This document shows, one piece after another, positions 1 to 14,580 of a DNA stretch of 64,000 nt. The notes beneath the pieces were generated by a model that saw nothing but the letters and a program-made list of their open reading frames with translations, made no database searches and had not been told where the DNA came from. The first letter of the stretch is position 1; each line of letters opens with the position of its first letter. Source of the DNA: the human T2T-CHM13v2.0 reference genome, Homo sapiens; the NCBI RefSeq assembly GCF_009914755.1, contig NC_060938.1. The stretch is one strand, 5' to 3'. A program made the position numbers and the translations under genes.

Positions 1-644
1 AATTATTAAATAAAAAATTAGAAATTAAGATAGGAATTGAGAAAATTAAAAAGTCATTTCAATATCTAAGAAGGAGAAAATAATTTCAAACCACTAATCT
101 TTAGAAGGCAAAACCAAAGCTTCATTTTACAAACTTCCCTTCTACCCTGTTACTTAACTAACTGTCTAAATACTCAATGTCTGAATTTCTACAGTGGTTG
201 AAAAGCTGTGCTCAACTACTACGACGCAAATCTTCAGAATTAGTTCTTGATTATTTTCCTGAAAGGCTCAAGCTTAATACTAATTCTCTGGTTCATCCTT
301 AACATTTCTATAGGAAATTGATAGATATCAATATTAACATTTCATAAATTTTACAAAATCTTTAAGATAGTGACACACTTACACTACTACTAGTGAATAG
401 ATCCCAACCAGCCCAAGGGAAATTCCCTATGTTGCTTTAGGCCACAGTCATCATTAATAGAGTTATAACGTATCTTAAATTTAAACTTTATAGTTAGCAA
501 TTAAAGTTACTCAAAAGTGTCAAGGAAGTGATGTTAAGCTACCAGGGCATGACTGACTACAGAAGATTTAGAGATAAATCTGAAACTGGAAAGTTGACAA
601 AGACACATGTTAAATTTTTTTATATTTTTTATAGTTATGTAGGC

Positions 645-790
645 ATTCATTTTTTTCAACAAACATTTTCTAAATGCCTACTTTGTGCCAAGCATCATTT
701 TAGATCATTAGGATGTATCCGTTAACAAAATTCCTGCCCGGAAGGAGCTCAAATTTTACTAGGTGGGGACAGACAATCCACAATATATAT
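645..790 (-). mobile_element. L2 3'-end fragment
   Basis: ATTCATT..CAACAAACATTT..AAATGCCTACTTTGTGCCAAGCA..GGAGCTCA matches the reverse-strand L2 tail pattern. Confidence 0.6.
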
Positions 791-1728
791 AATAAAATAA
801 ATAAAATGTATACTATCTTACAAGTTTATGAATGCAATGAAAATAAAAATGAAGATCAAGATTGTTGGATAGTATGGGGAAGAATATTTTTATCTTTCAT
901 CAATTGTATTGTATGTACACCAAGAAACAGCTAATACTTAAAAATCATTATTACAAGTACCATTTGTTTCTTGCAAATATTCATTGGCTTTTATAGTACA
1001 AAATTGTCCATTTTCCCTACATCTCTTAAGTGTATTTGTAATTGGAATAAAATATACAGCTACAAAAGAAAAAAAGAGAAACATATGTCATCTTAAATCT
1101 GTTGGTATCTATTTCATTCCAAAGGTGATGTCACGTCATTCAAATTAATAAAATTATGTTCTGACACTGTATACTAAAAACAATATCTGTAATCTCAGGG
1201 AAAAGCAGCTGCTGCTTTAAAACAGCTGTTGACCTAGTGTGGAACCAATTTATTTCCATTGATGTCGTAACTATGAGAGCTTCAATAACATTCCAACGTA
1301 GCTATACAACCATGTTTATTTTGTAGGTGACTGTTGCTTTAATTGCAGAAGTACATTTTCTTTTACATGTCTCTAGTGACTCCATTGTTACAGAAAAAAT
1401 GGTGAGCAGCAACAACCAGAGGATGTTAGCCACAATAATTGAAGCTCTATGCATATTCTCCATCTCTCTGCAAAACTGCATTTGTTTCTCACTTAGAATT
1501 CAAGAAACATTAATGGAATGCCTACTAAATTTCAGGATTTTTGCAAGAATATAATGTTGAACAAATTAGGTTCCTTATCCTCAAGCAACTCTCTCTTAGA
1601 AAGGTTTGCAAAATGCATAAATAGCTGTAAATCCAAAAGATATCTGTAATTGGATAAACACACTAGATATTTTGAACTGTATTCTGATTTGGCCATTGTT
1701 ATGTAGCATCCTAGATCTCAGAAATGTC

Positions 1729-1966
1729 ACTCTAAGCTTCTTGGGCCTATTATTTTTATTTGCTTAATTTTTCTTTTTCATATCACACTTGCAATTTTGA
1801 AATTTGCAATAGTGAATCAAGATATAGAAAGAGTATACTTATGAGTATACTTATGAGTAGAGCAGGCAGGCAAGCAAGACACACCTTTGTAAAGACCACC
1901 CTGTACAATAATGAACAGTAAGGAAAAGAAGGGATTAGAAAAAGGAATGTATTTATTGGTAGCTTA
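1729..1966 (+). repeat. Left arm of a unique-sequence inverted duplication (partner 4281-4502)
   Basis: Aligns by eye to the reverse complement of 4281-4502 with ~10 substitutions; this arm has extra 12-bp and 4-bp micro-duplications. Confidence 0.95.
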
Positions 1967-1989
1967 GTAAGAACAAGGTCACCAATCAA

Positions 1990-2345
1990 AATAGAGGCTT
2001 CTAATCTTTTGTGCCACAGACCTCTCCTCAGAATAATGTCTTTAAATGCACGAAGTAAAATAAATAGCATTACAAAGAAAACCAATTAAGTACAAGTATC
2101 AAATTTTTATTGTCATATAGTAATATATATGCTTCTTTTATAGCACATTAAATCATAAGAGGTAATAGTATATCTAATAACACCTATAATTTTAAAGTAG
2201 TGAGTGTAAACGATATTTTGAAGTATCTGCAACAACTGTGATGTGATATAAAAACATCTGTGATTTCTATTGATGATAAAGTCACAGGTGCTCCTACAGA
2301 GTGGTTTGTTGCCTTCATTCATAATTGAAATATGTGCCAAAGTTC
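1990..2345. mobile_element. hAT-Charlie non-autonomous DNA transposon fragment (MER119-like)
   Basis: GCTTCTAATCTTTTGTGCCACAGACC..CTCAGAATAATGTCTTTAAATGCA..ATTACAAAGAAAACCAATTA resembles the remembered MER119 consensus. Confidence 0.55.
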
Positions 2346-4280
2346 ATATGCATAACATGTTATATTTTACTGATTATAAAATGTACTGTTCACATGCCTG
2401 CCCTCAGTCACTGGCCCGTGGTACAGACCTAATTCTTACCAATGCTCGTGTCATTCAGCAATCTAACTTCCCAGTGCCTCACAAAAGCAACATCTTATTA
2501 ACCTCCCACATTTTACACAGAAGCATAAACCTCATTATGCCCTTCGGACTTCCCTGTCACCAATATTACCGGACTCCTGATAATGTGCACTTGAAGTTCT
2601 ATTTACCCAAAATGCACCACCATTAACTGTCATTTTTGAAACCACAAAAATTATATAATACTAATCATTACTTTAGCTTTTCAGAAATACACTAAAAAAT
2701 ACTGGTTACAGCACCAAGACAATTCTATTAAGACATACAATCAAGCTTAGATGGTTTGCAAAGTCAAGACATGAAGGAGGAATCAATTAGTTAACAACTG
2801 ACAACAAAAAAAATACTTAAGCAATGGGAACTCCCTGAATTCTGTTATTCCGGGAAAAGACTGTCAAAGCTGGTGCTAAAAGATGAAAACTGTGTCAACA
2901 AAGGTAGAACATCTATTGGAATGCAGACAGACAGTCTGGTTTCTTCAGAGCTCAAGTGTAAAAAAAGCAAGACATACTGTTTGATTCATGTGTTGGTGTG
3001 GAATCATGTGGCATTCAATTTCTAGAGTAGTTTCGTCTATGACACCTACAAGAAATATTTATTATATGACAAAGTAGGGTCATTCACTCATTGAAAAGAG
3101 AAGAACCAGACATATAATTTACACATGAAACATCCTAGATCCACTCAGAGTGTTAGCAACATGCGGATCACATGAACACAGCAGCTTCTATGTCAATAGC
3201 TTCTCTGCTGTGCAGAAAATAGTGCCTTTGAAGGCAAAAATGAAAGGAGTGCATCTTAAGCAACTACAAAGGAATACTGATTTTCACCAGACTAGAAAAA
3301 GAGATGGGAGATATGGGAGATAAGATTAGAAAAGGAGAGGAAGAGTCAGACTCACAGCACTTAGGGAAAGTGCCCTCAAGAAAAGGACAAACATGGCCAC
3401 ACTATGTGCCCAAGGACGTGGGATCCTTGGCCATTGGGTTCCAGGCAACTCAATGCTCCTTGTACCCTGTGCGCCGCTCACAAACAAAAAGCTACAAAAT
3501 TTCAAAACCCCATTATGACCTTGGAATATGGGAACATCATCTTCCCCCATTTTCTACTAACAGTAAGATTCTCAGATTCTGGTGCTGCCAGGCGGAACTG
3601 AGACTAAATTTTTCTATAATAAAAATAAAATCATAAATCATTCCTTGTTCTTGTTTTTTTCTAACAAGAAAAAAATGTGTTAGAAATTTGTGCCATATTT
3701 ATTTCTGCTTTCTTAAACTGAACAATGAAAATAAAATGAAAATAAAATGTTGGAAGTCACACAATATGTGAGTGAAAAAAAAAACCAAACATTAAAAAGA
3801 TAACAAAGAATACATATAGTAAAGAGACTTTGGATAAACCTCAAATAACAGCCTCAAACTCATTACCTGATGATTTTTGATACATGGTATAGACAGAATT
3901 CTTCTGTCCATAACTTATACTATTAGTCCATTTTTCATTTTCCTATACTTTTTCTGTGGCTGTTCATATTCATCCCCTAGTGTCTCAGAGCTGAAATAAT
4001 TCTCTTCTGAGCAAAACTTCCCCTCAGATATATGTGCAGTTATTGTGTATCTCAAGATTTCTGAGTTGAAATTAATTTTTAATGTCTGTGCAATTATGTG
4101 AATCATTAAGATTGTGAAGATATTATCAACAAAGTAAAACAAAACGAATGATGAAGTTATGAGCTCATTAACCTCGACAGGGACCAATGAACTCTGTCTT
4201 ATTACGTAAGACCGAATCTCACAGAGCCCACATTCATGCTGGTTACTTAATAAACCGTGAACAGAGACAGACACAAGGCA

Positions 4281-4502
4281 TAAGCTACCAATACATTCCT
4301 TTTTCTAATCTCTTCTTTTCCTTACTCTTCATTATTGTAAAGGGTAGTCTTTACAAAGGTGTGTCTTGCCTGCCTGCCTGCTCTACATATGAGTATACTC
4401 TTTCTATATCTTGATTCACTATTGCAAATTTCAAATTTGCAAGTGTGATATGAAATAGAAAAATTAAGCAAATAAAAATAATAGGCCCAAGAAGCTTAGA
4501 GT
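4281..4502 (-). repeat. Right arm of the inverted duplication (partner 1729-1966)
   Basis: Reverse complement of 1729-1966 at ~95% identity. Confidence 0.95.
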
Positions 4503-4814
4503 CTCCAGTTACTGCAGTCATTAGAATCTGCACCAGCATCCTGATCCAGGTGGCACTGGGGTAATTGACAACTTCCAGGAAAGGGAGCACCCAAGAATGT
4601 CACAGAGAGAGAAATTGGCACAACCCCAAAATACTTTGTTTGGTGTGTTTTAAGCTCCAAATAGTAAAACAAAAAATGTCTGAAACATAAATATGTGATA
4701 TTGCAAATTAGAAAAAAATAGGGAGAATTTTATTTTTATTGTAGAAGGAAAAATAGACATAACAGTTTCAATTCAGAATATAAAAATCACTACAGAGAAT
4801 GGGTTAGAAATAAA

Positions 4815-5210
4815 TATTAGTGGCTTTTGGAGGAATAGTACTTATGGGAGATTATATACATATTTTTAAATGATTACGCCTCTCCTCATGAGAGAATTAT
4901 CCACCTCCACCCTATTGATATCAGCCTTTATGTGTCACACTTGGCCATTAAAATAAAAACAACGAGATATACCACTTCCAAAGATAAGCTTTAAGTGTCA
5001 TGTTCTCTTGTGCCCTGTCGTGAGATTGGTATGACCCAGGTAGGGGCTACTTCTTCAGTCTGGATCCTGCAATGAAGTTGTCACAGCACAGAGTCACAGT
5101 TCATTAAGGATAAATAAGCAGTATAAGCAAGAAGTAAATTTTTGTTTTTGTAATCCACCAAGATTTGTAGAGTTTTCCTATTGCAACGTAACTTAGCCTA
5201 TAATACAGGA
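4815..5210 (+). mobile_element. Old MaLR solo LTR (MLT1I/J-like)
   Basis: MLT1-type motifs: ATACCACTTCC..AAGCTTTAAG, CTTCAGTCTGGATCCTG..ATGAAG, and an end GAAGTAAATTTTTGTT..AGATTTG..GCAACGTAACTTAGCCTATAATACA. Confidence 0.5.
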
Positions 5211-6335
5211 TTGGTGAGATTCCAAAGGCAAAAAGCAGGACCAGTGAACATCTTCTAGTACATACAAATGTACTCCAGCTATATACCATACTGTTACTTT
5301 TATCCTAGAATCCCAAGATAGACATGCTGCCTTCATCTTTGAGCCAAGAAGATAGTACCGGACCAGTACTGCAGGATACAGCCCAAAGTCAATGGTTTCT
5401 GCATTGTTCAACCTTTCTGGAGCACATAACTCGAAGTCTTGTATCTCATTAGCTTTGATAGCTCTACAGAATAGACCATCTAGCACTTTATTTCTCCTGA
5501 TGCCAGGGGTCCTGTAGGGTTTGTAAACAAGACTTTGCCCCTATTGTGTTAATAAGGAGTAGGAGGAGGTTAGACGAAGAAACTGTGGGGAGAAGAGAAG
5601 GTAGCATGTAAGAATCCCAGTCCATATACCCAGGCACACAAGATGTATAACTTTATTTTCTGAAATAATTTGATTCTGTATTTGACCTGTATTTCTTGAG
5701 GTCTTTTATTATTAGGTCAAGCTACAGTTTCAAGAGCTGATCTAGGGGGCTTCCTAAAAAAAAAAACAGTAGAGAAGAAGGTTCTACATCATCAGTCCAC
5801 ACAGATTGTCACTGAGATATTTACTGTCCCAGTTCTTAAAGTTCCCTTGAAATTTGTGACTGGCAGGTGTTTCTGTGACACACCTGAGAAAGCCCTTCAC
5901 GAGGCTGACTACAAACTACTTTGCCTAGCAATCTAGCAGCAGTTCCAGAACAAGGATCTTGCTCTCCCTATAACTGCACACTGGGAATCAGACCTCTCTG
6001 CTTGCATCACATTCATCTTTCCTCAGCTGGGCATCTCTAAAAGGAGGGGGAATTCTACTACCTTTGTTTGGGAACAAAATAGTTTTGTTGTTTTGTTTTG
6101 TTTTGGATTTTTTTTTTAATAGCTGGCAACTTCTACCTTCCTTAGGCTTAAATTTTCAAAGCAAATGCCAGAAAAAACCACAGACTACTTCTGCTTTGTA
6201 TGCAACCACCACTCTACTCTGAGGTGGTACAAAGAAGCCAGACAATCTGACTGAATGGGAAGAAAAGCAAAGAGGCAAAGACAGGCAGCTAAATTTAAGT
6301 TAGCCTTCTGCACCCACTCAATATTACAAAAGCAT

Positions 6336-6918
<583 letters not shown>

Positions 6919-7216
6919 TAAGTTCACAAACTTCCTATGAACTATCAGTAATTCTTCAAGGACCATTTTTCCTTAAATTGTTTAGTTTACCAAGAGTGAC
7001 TGCCTCCCTTATCCTTCTTAGAACATTAAAATGGTGTTCATTAAATGTATATAATGATTGTACTTTTTTCTTTTTTAAGCTTTCCATGTGTGCTCACACT
7101 CATTTTAGATCCTTGCTTGGGATGGATTTAAATAGTTATTTTCAAATAACTTGATGTGATTGTGGAAAACAGTGATAGACAAATCAAAATGACCTCCAAC
7201 TATAAAGAAAATTCTT

Positions 7217-7534
<318 letters not shown>

Positions 7535-9966
7535 TTAAAAAAGTATAGCCTATTTATAGAAGGAAAGCTATTACCCAGGATATCAAGAGCCAAGACCTAC
7601 TTGCTGTTACCAAAAAACAAACAACCAAAAATCTCTGCAGTGAAGTCAAGTCATACCTGCAATTACAACAAATACTATAGTAAGGTAAGGATTGAGCTTA
7701 GCACATCTGAACACAGGAAATAATGACCAGTTCTATAGAAATCCAGATTCTTTGCAAGTAAGCCATTATGTACAGTGAGAATGCATTTTGCTTATTTTTA
7801 TTATTTGCACTTCATCAAATAGTGGAACATAATTATATTTTTGCTAATAAACCTACAGAATGCCCAGGAGCTCCCTTGGAAATAGCTAAAATGGATGTTG
7901 ATATAATGATGGGTATAGATTGTATAAAAGTAAAAAATGCACACAGGGTAAGGGAAAAATAAAAGTGTGTTTCAGCAAATGAAGAAAAATTGTTTAGAAA
8001 TAGGAACCATTGTATTAGTATCCAGGGCCCTTATTTAGAGTTCTAATCTGAAACCCAACATGTCTGCTTTTCTTCCTTGACTAAGAAGTGAATGCTTCCA
8101 TCTTTGAAGTTGTTCCAACAAACTTCCATCCAACAATTCAATGTTTAAGGTGGCGCAGATTTCTGGTCCACATGGGGTTTTGTTTTTGTTTTGTTTTTAA
8201 TTTTTTTTTTTTTACTATTTCATCTATGTCAAATTTACACAAAACATCTAGAAAATCCAAAATCATTTAAGAAAAATGATCTCAAAGGTAACCATTGCCA
8301 AACACAACATGATGCAGCCTTTCCCCAATGCACAAATTTTATTTGTGATGAGAGTGCATGACAGACCATTAGAGAAGGAAAAAAAAAAATAACTGGAATG
8401 GCTAAAACAATTATACAGTGTAATGGTTTCATCATCATCATTTCACTAACTCACATCTGTGACTATTTTGAATCTGCTACTAATTAAATAGGGGAATCAT
8501 AGGAAATAAAACATCTGGACCAAAATCATGGCTGAGGTGCTCATCACAAACATTATCTACCCCTCACGTTTTCTTTTCACTTGATGAGGCTTCATGAGGA
8601 ATAATTTTCCTCCTTAAAAAATTCTGAAGCAAGGATATTATTCCTGTAAATATCTATGTTATCCATTTCATTCTATAATAAGGTATAATAATATAAATAA
8701 ATCTTTCAAATTAGTTCTGTTAAAATATTTTTTCCTCTGATAATTTAGAAAATGAATCTAATTTCACAACTACCTCTAGGGACAACATTGAGCTTTTTTC
8801 ATATTTGTAATTTCTTTAGCTCTAATCACTATAATTTTTAAGGTGGTTCTTCACAGGCCATTTCTTTGGTAGCCCGATGATACAAATATCTTAGAGTAGC
8901 CTCCTTAACACTTCTGAAACCATCTTTAGCTAGCACCAACAATTTAAAATGTCCCTAAGGTCTATATCAATGTTCAAGAATAGCACACAAAAGAAATATT
9001 GAACTGTGTTCAATGTAAAACAAAAACTAAAGCCAAAGTTTCTTATTTTGTATCCTAAAATGATTCAGAAATGGAGGAGAGCTTGAAACATGTCATTGTG
9101 AGGAAAGGTACCCTACAGAATTCCTATCCCCCAGGCCAATCAATCAATATAATTACAAAGTATCATCATACTCAAAAAACGGTCTAGTTCTTACCCTTTC
9201 TCACACATTCATACAAAGAGGTAATTGTAACCTCTGCTGCCAGTTATCTTCAATAAGACTTTTCAAGGTATGGATTTCATCTGCATTGTTTTAGCTAAAT
9301 GTTAGATTTTATATATTCACTGAAAATACACGGGATGCCTAAGTCCCGGCATTGTATTGGATATACCATTCAACACAAGCAGACTAGTCATTAGCTACGT
9401 CACATACAAAAGAACAAAATGCATCTGGAATTTTTTGTTGTGTCTTCCTCCTTGAAAGGAAAAGAGTTGAAGGGCAACTAAAATACAGTATCTAACCTTA
9501 TGGAGTTACATTCTAGTTGAGGATGTACAAGAGGACTGACTGTACATAAAAAGTTAAGCTGCAATGTGATCCAATGAGAAAGGAGAGGTTTTATCTGTGT
9601 TATTTTTCAGATTTCTGTTAACACTGAATTTCAACAATAATTTCAGTCATTTATATTTGTCTGTGAATCACAAAATAAATATTTATAAGGAATAAGCAGA
9701 TAATGTAAATATGTCTGTTACCTTTTAGGTGTTACCTTTGGTTTACACTCAAAATTTTAAGGATTTTTTTTTTTTTTGCTTTGTTTTGTTTTTCCTGGAA
9801 ATATAAAATATCACTTCCTGATTTGGGTATACCATATACCAGACCATAGAAAATCAGATTTTCAAGGTTACAGCAGGCAAACCACCAGAATACTATAAGA
9901 CAACTGTATAACTTTATATTCTACAGGGAACCATAAAAATTCTAGTTAAACCTAAGCCTTTTGGGG

Positions 9967-12263
9967 TGATATGGTTTGGCTCTGTGTCCCCACCCAAATC
10001 TCATTTTGTAGCTCCCGTAATTTCCACGTGTTGTGGGAGGGACCCAGTGAGAGATGACTGAATTATAGGGGTGGGTCTTTCCCATGCTGTTCTCATGATA
10101 GTGAATGGATCTCACGAGATCCGATGGTTTTAAAAAAATGGGAATTGCCTTGCACAAGCTCTCTCTCTTTGCCTGCTGCCATCCACATAAGACGTGACTT
10201 GCTCCTCTTTGCCTGCTGCCATGATTGTGAGGCCTCTCCAACCAAGTGGAACTGTGAGTCCAATTAAACTTTCTTTTGTAAATTGTCCAGTCTCGGGCAT
10301 GTCTTTATCAGCAGTGTGAAAACAAACTAATACAGTAAATTGGTACCAGTAGAGTGGGGTGCTGCTGAAAATTACCTGAAAATGTGGAAGCGACTTTGGA
10401 ACTGGCTAACAGGCAGAGGTTGGAACAGTTTGGAGGGCTCAAAAGAAGAAAAAAAAATGTAGGAAAGTTTGGAACTTCTTAGAGACTTGTTGAATGGCTT
10501 TGACCAAAAGCATGATAGCAATATGGACAATAAGGTCCAGGCTGAGGTGGTCTCAGATGGAGATGAAGAACTGTTGGGAACTGGAGCAAAGGTGACTCTT
10601 GTTATGTTTTAGCAAAGAGACTGGTGGCATTTTGCCCCTGCGCTAGAGATCTGTGGAACTTTGAACTTGAGAGAGATGATTTAGGGTATCTGGCAGAAGA
10701 AATTTCTAAGCAGCAATGCATTCAAGAGGTGACCTGGGTGCTGTTAAAGGCATTCAGTTTTAAAAGGGAAACAGAGCATAAAAGTTTGGAAAATTTGCAG
10801 CCTGACAATGTGATAGAAAAGAAAATCCCATTTTCTGAGGTGAAATTCAAGCCAGCTGCAGAAATTTGCATAAGTAATGAGGAGTCTAATGTTAATCACC
10901 AAGACAATAGGGAAAATAGCTCCAGGGCATGTCAGAGACCTTTGCAGCAACCCCTCCCATCACAGGCCTGGAGGCCAAGGAGGAAAAAGTGCTTTCATGG
11001 GCTGGGCCCAGGGACCCCATGCTATGTGCAGCCTAGGGACTTAGTACCCTGGGTCACCCAGCCACTCAAGCCATGGCTATAAGGGGTGAACGTAGAGCTC
11101 GGGCCATGGCTTCAGAGGGCACAAGCCTCAAGCCTTGGCAGCTTCCAAATTGCATTGAGCTTGAGAGTACACAGAAGTCAAGAATTGAGGTTTGGGAACC
11201 TCTGCCTAGATTTCAGAAGATGTATGGAAATGCCTGGATGTCCAGGCAGAAATTTGCTGCAGGGGCAGGGTCCTCACAGAGAACCTCTTCTAGGGCAGTG
11301 CGGAAGGGAAATGTGGGGTTGGAGCCCCAACACAGAGTCCCTACTGGGGCACTGCCTAGCGGAGCTGTGAGAAGAGGGCCACTGTCCTTCAGACCCCAGA
11401 ATGGTAGATCCAATGACAGCCTGCACCATGCACCTGGAAAAACTGCAGACACTCAACACCAGCCTGTGAAGGCAGCTGGGAGGGAGGCTGTACCCTGCAA
11501 AGCCACAGGGGTGAAGCTGCCCAAGACCATAGGAACCTACCTCTTCCACCACTGTGACCCGGATGTGAGATGTGGAGTCAAAGGATATCATTTTGGAGCT
11601 TTAAGATCTGACTGCCCCACTGGATTTCAGACTTGCAGGGGGCCTGTAGTCCCTTTGTTTTGGACAATTTCTCCAATTTGGAATGGCTGTATTTACCCAA
11701 TGCTTGTACCTTCATTGTCTAGGAAGTAACTGACTTGCTTTTGATTTTAGTGGCTCATAGGCAGAAGGGACTTGCCTTGTCTCTGATGAGACTTTGGACT
11801 GTGGATTTTTGAGTTAATGACTTTGGAGGACAGTTGGGAAGGCATGATTGGTTTTGAAATGTGAAGATACGAGATTTGGGAGGGGTCAGGGGCAGAATGA
11901 TATGGTTTGGCTCTGTGTCCCCACCAAATTTAATCTTATAGCTTCCATAATTTCCACATGTTGTGGGACAGACCTGGTGAAAGATGATTGAATTATGGGG
12001 GTGGGTCTTTCCCATGCTGTTCTCATGATAGTGAATGGCTCTCACAAGATCTGATGGTTTTAAAAATGGGTATTGCCCTGCACAAGCTCTCTCTCTTTGC
12101 TGCTGCCATCCACGTAAGATGTTACTTGCCCTCCTTGCCTTCTGCCATGATTGTGAGGCCTTTCTGACCACGTGGAATTGTGTGTCCAATTAAGCCTCTT
12201 TCTTTTGTAAATTGCCCAGTTTTGGGTATATCTCTATCCACAGCATGAAAACAGACTAATACA
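9967..12263 (+). mobile_element. Complete THE1A-type MaLR provirus: LTR 9967-10334, internal region 10335-11897, LTR 11898-12263
   Basis: Both LTRs run TGATATGGTTTGGCTCTGTGTCCCCACC..ACTAATACA; the internal region starts GTAAATTGGTACC; polypurine tract before the 3' LTR; 5-bp TSD TGGGG/TGGGA (9962-9966 and 12264-12268). Confidence 0.93.
10624..11729 (+). pseudogene. Frameshifted THE1-internal (MaLR) ORF remnants, 152 aa and 218 aa
   Basis: Both ORFs lie wholly in THE1-int and carry typical MaLR-int peptides (DLWNFELERDDLGYLAEEISKQ; EVWEPLPRFQKMYGNAW). Confidence 0.7.
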
Positions 12264-12299
12264 TGGGAGATGCAAGAGGTAAATATTATCTACTTCAGT

Positions 12300-14580
12300 T
12301 TCCACTGGGTTTTTTATACTATTGTCTAACATACAATAAAACCTTACAAGAAATATCAAAGCATGAAAACATTACGCCAAATCCTGAGTAAAAAAAAAAA
12401 TCAGTAGAGGCATATTCAGAGAAAACCCAGATATTGAAATTAGCAGATAAGAACTTTAAAATAAGTATTATGAATATGTTAAATATGCTAATGTAGAAGA
12501 GATAAAACAAAACATGTGTGTACAGATGGGACATTTCAGCAGAAAAATGGAAACTACAAGGATGAACCAGAATAAACTTCTGGATGTGAAAAATTATGAT
12601 ATTAAAAAGAAGTAATACATCAACCAGGCTTAAGAGCAAAAGAAAGGATTGGTGAACTCAAAGACAGGTTAATAGAAATTATCCAAATAATAATACAAAA
12701 GGAAATAAAGAATAGAAAAAAACTGAATAAAGCTTCTGATATTGTTAGGATGATATCAAACGATGAAACAACTGTAACTGGAGTCTCAGGATGAGAAAGA
12801 GAGGATAAATAATAACAATCCTACACAAACTCCTTTATAAAATACAAAACATTTTCCTAGTCATTTTATAAAGCCAGAATAACCCTGATATCGAAACTTG
12901 ATACATACATTGCAAGAAAATAACAAAGCAATATGCCTATCATTAAAGGTGGGAAATGTCTTTTAAAATATTAGCAAATTAAACAACAATGTATAAAAAA
13001 GGATAATAACACACAATAAAAGAAAATTTGACTAAATTTAAAACCTATCTGATATATTTTTAAAAAAATACTGTAAGAAAACCAGAAATGGAAGAAGTCT
13101 CCTGAGCCTGATAAAAGGCACCTAACGCTAGCATCATACTTAAGGCTGAAAGATGAAATGATTCTCCCCTAAGATCAGGAATCAAGCAAGAATGTCCACT
13201 ATCATCACTTCTATTCAACTTTGTACTAAGTGTTCTACATAGTAAATGAGGGGGGAAAATGAAATAAAAGCCATCGTATTGGAAAGGAGAAAGTAAAATG
13301 TTTTTTATTCATGGATAATGTGATTGTATACACAGAAAATCCTCAGGAGTTTTCAAAAATGAATTAATAGTGAGCTTAGAATGTTCTCAAAAAAATCAAG
13401 TGTATTTGTATATATAAGCAAAAAATAACAGAAAACTAAAACTTTTAAAACAATACAATTTACAATATTACTAGAAAATATCAAATATCTCGGAAAAAAA
13501 CTAACAAGAGATGTGAAAGACTTCCAGAAAAAAACTAGTTTGAGATTTCTCATAAACGTAAAAGTTAAAGCCATAAGCTTCTGGGAAAAAGAAAAAGAAA
13601 ATATTTTCATGACCTTGGTGAAAGCAAAGATAGACAGAATCTAAAAATCACTAATCATAAAATTAAGAATATAACAATCAGGCTTCGTAAAACTAGAAAA
13701 TTCTGCTTATCAAAAAACTAGTAATAAAATAAGCAAACTACAGGCTAGAGAAAATATTTGAAATATTTGACAATATAATAATTGCCAGAATATATTTTTA
13801 ACATTTTATGAATCAATAATACAAAGACCAAAACCTAATTTAAATGGTTAAAATATTTGAACAAATACTTCCAAAAGAAGATAGAGGAATGTCCAATAAG
13901 CATCTGAAAAGGTACTCTAAGAAAATACCATTTAAAGCCACAAAGAGATACCATTTCACAAGCTCAATGGCTAAACTACTGGATAACACTGAATGCTGAC
14001 AAGAATATGGAACAATTGGAACTTTCATACAGACAGCATAATGACTCTGAAAACACCATATTGACCTAGCAATGTCAGTTCTAGATATTTACCCCCAAAA
14101 ATTAAAAAATGCCCATTTTAAAAAGCTTGTAGAAGAATGATCATTGGAGTCTTATTCATCAGAGTTAAAAACTAGAAATAACTCAAAGGTCTATTGACAT
14201 TGGCATCAACTAATTAATTGTGGTAGATATACTACTCAACAATGAAAAGCAATGAACCACTAATACATGCAACAACATGAGTTAATCTTGAAACACTGTG
14301 TTAGACAAAAGGAGCCAGGTCCAAATGAACACAGATTAAATTATTTCATTTTTACACTGTATAAGAACAAGAAAAACTAACCTGTGATTATTGAAATCAG
14401 ACACTAGTTCTTCCAGGGCTTGGGAATTTGACTAGAAAAGATCATGAAGGAATTTTATGGGTGACAAATTGTTCTATACCTTGAGTGAGAATTACATAGG
14501 TGCATAGAATTGTCAAAACTCAACAAATTGTATGCTTAAGATCTGTGCATCTTACTAATGTATATGATACGTCAATAAGA
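12300..14580 (+). mobile_element. Old, internally deleted L1M (L1MC/MD-like): ORF1, ORF2 and 3' UTR fragments
   Basis: Degenerate L1 motifs (CCCCTAAGATCAGGAATCAAGCAAGAATGTCCACTATCATCACTTCTATTCAAC) and an L1M-type 3' UTR ending TCAATAA. Confidence 0.8.

Noticed and set aside
1125-1230. CRE-like TGATGTCACGTCA and paired CAGCTG E-boxes as an enhancer
   Set aside because: Short motifs cannot be supported without conservation or chromatin data.
3360-3600. Locally CpG-richer patch as a promoter or pseudogene fragment
   Set aside because: Too few CpGs for an island, no recognisable translation product, and no poly(A) tail or TSD.
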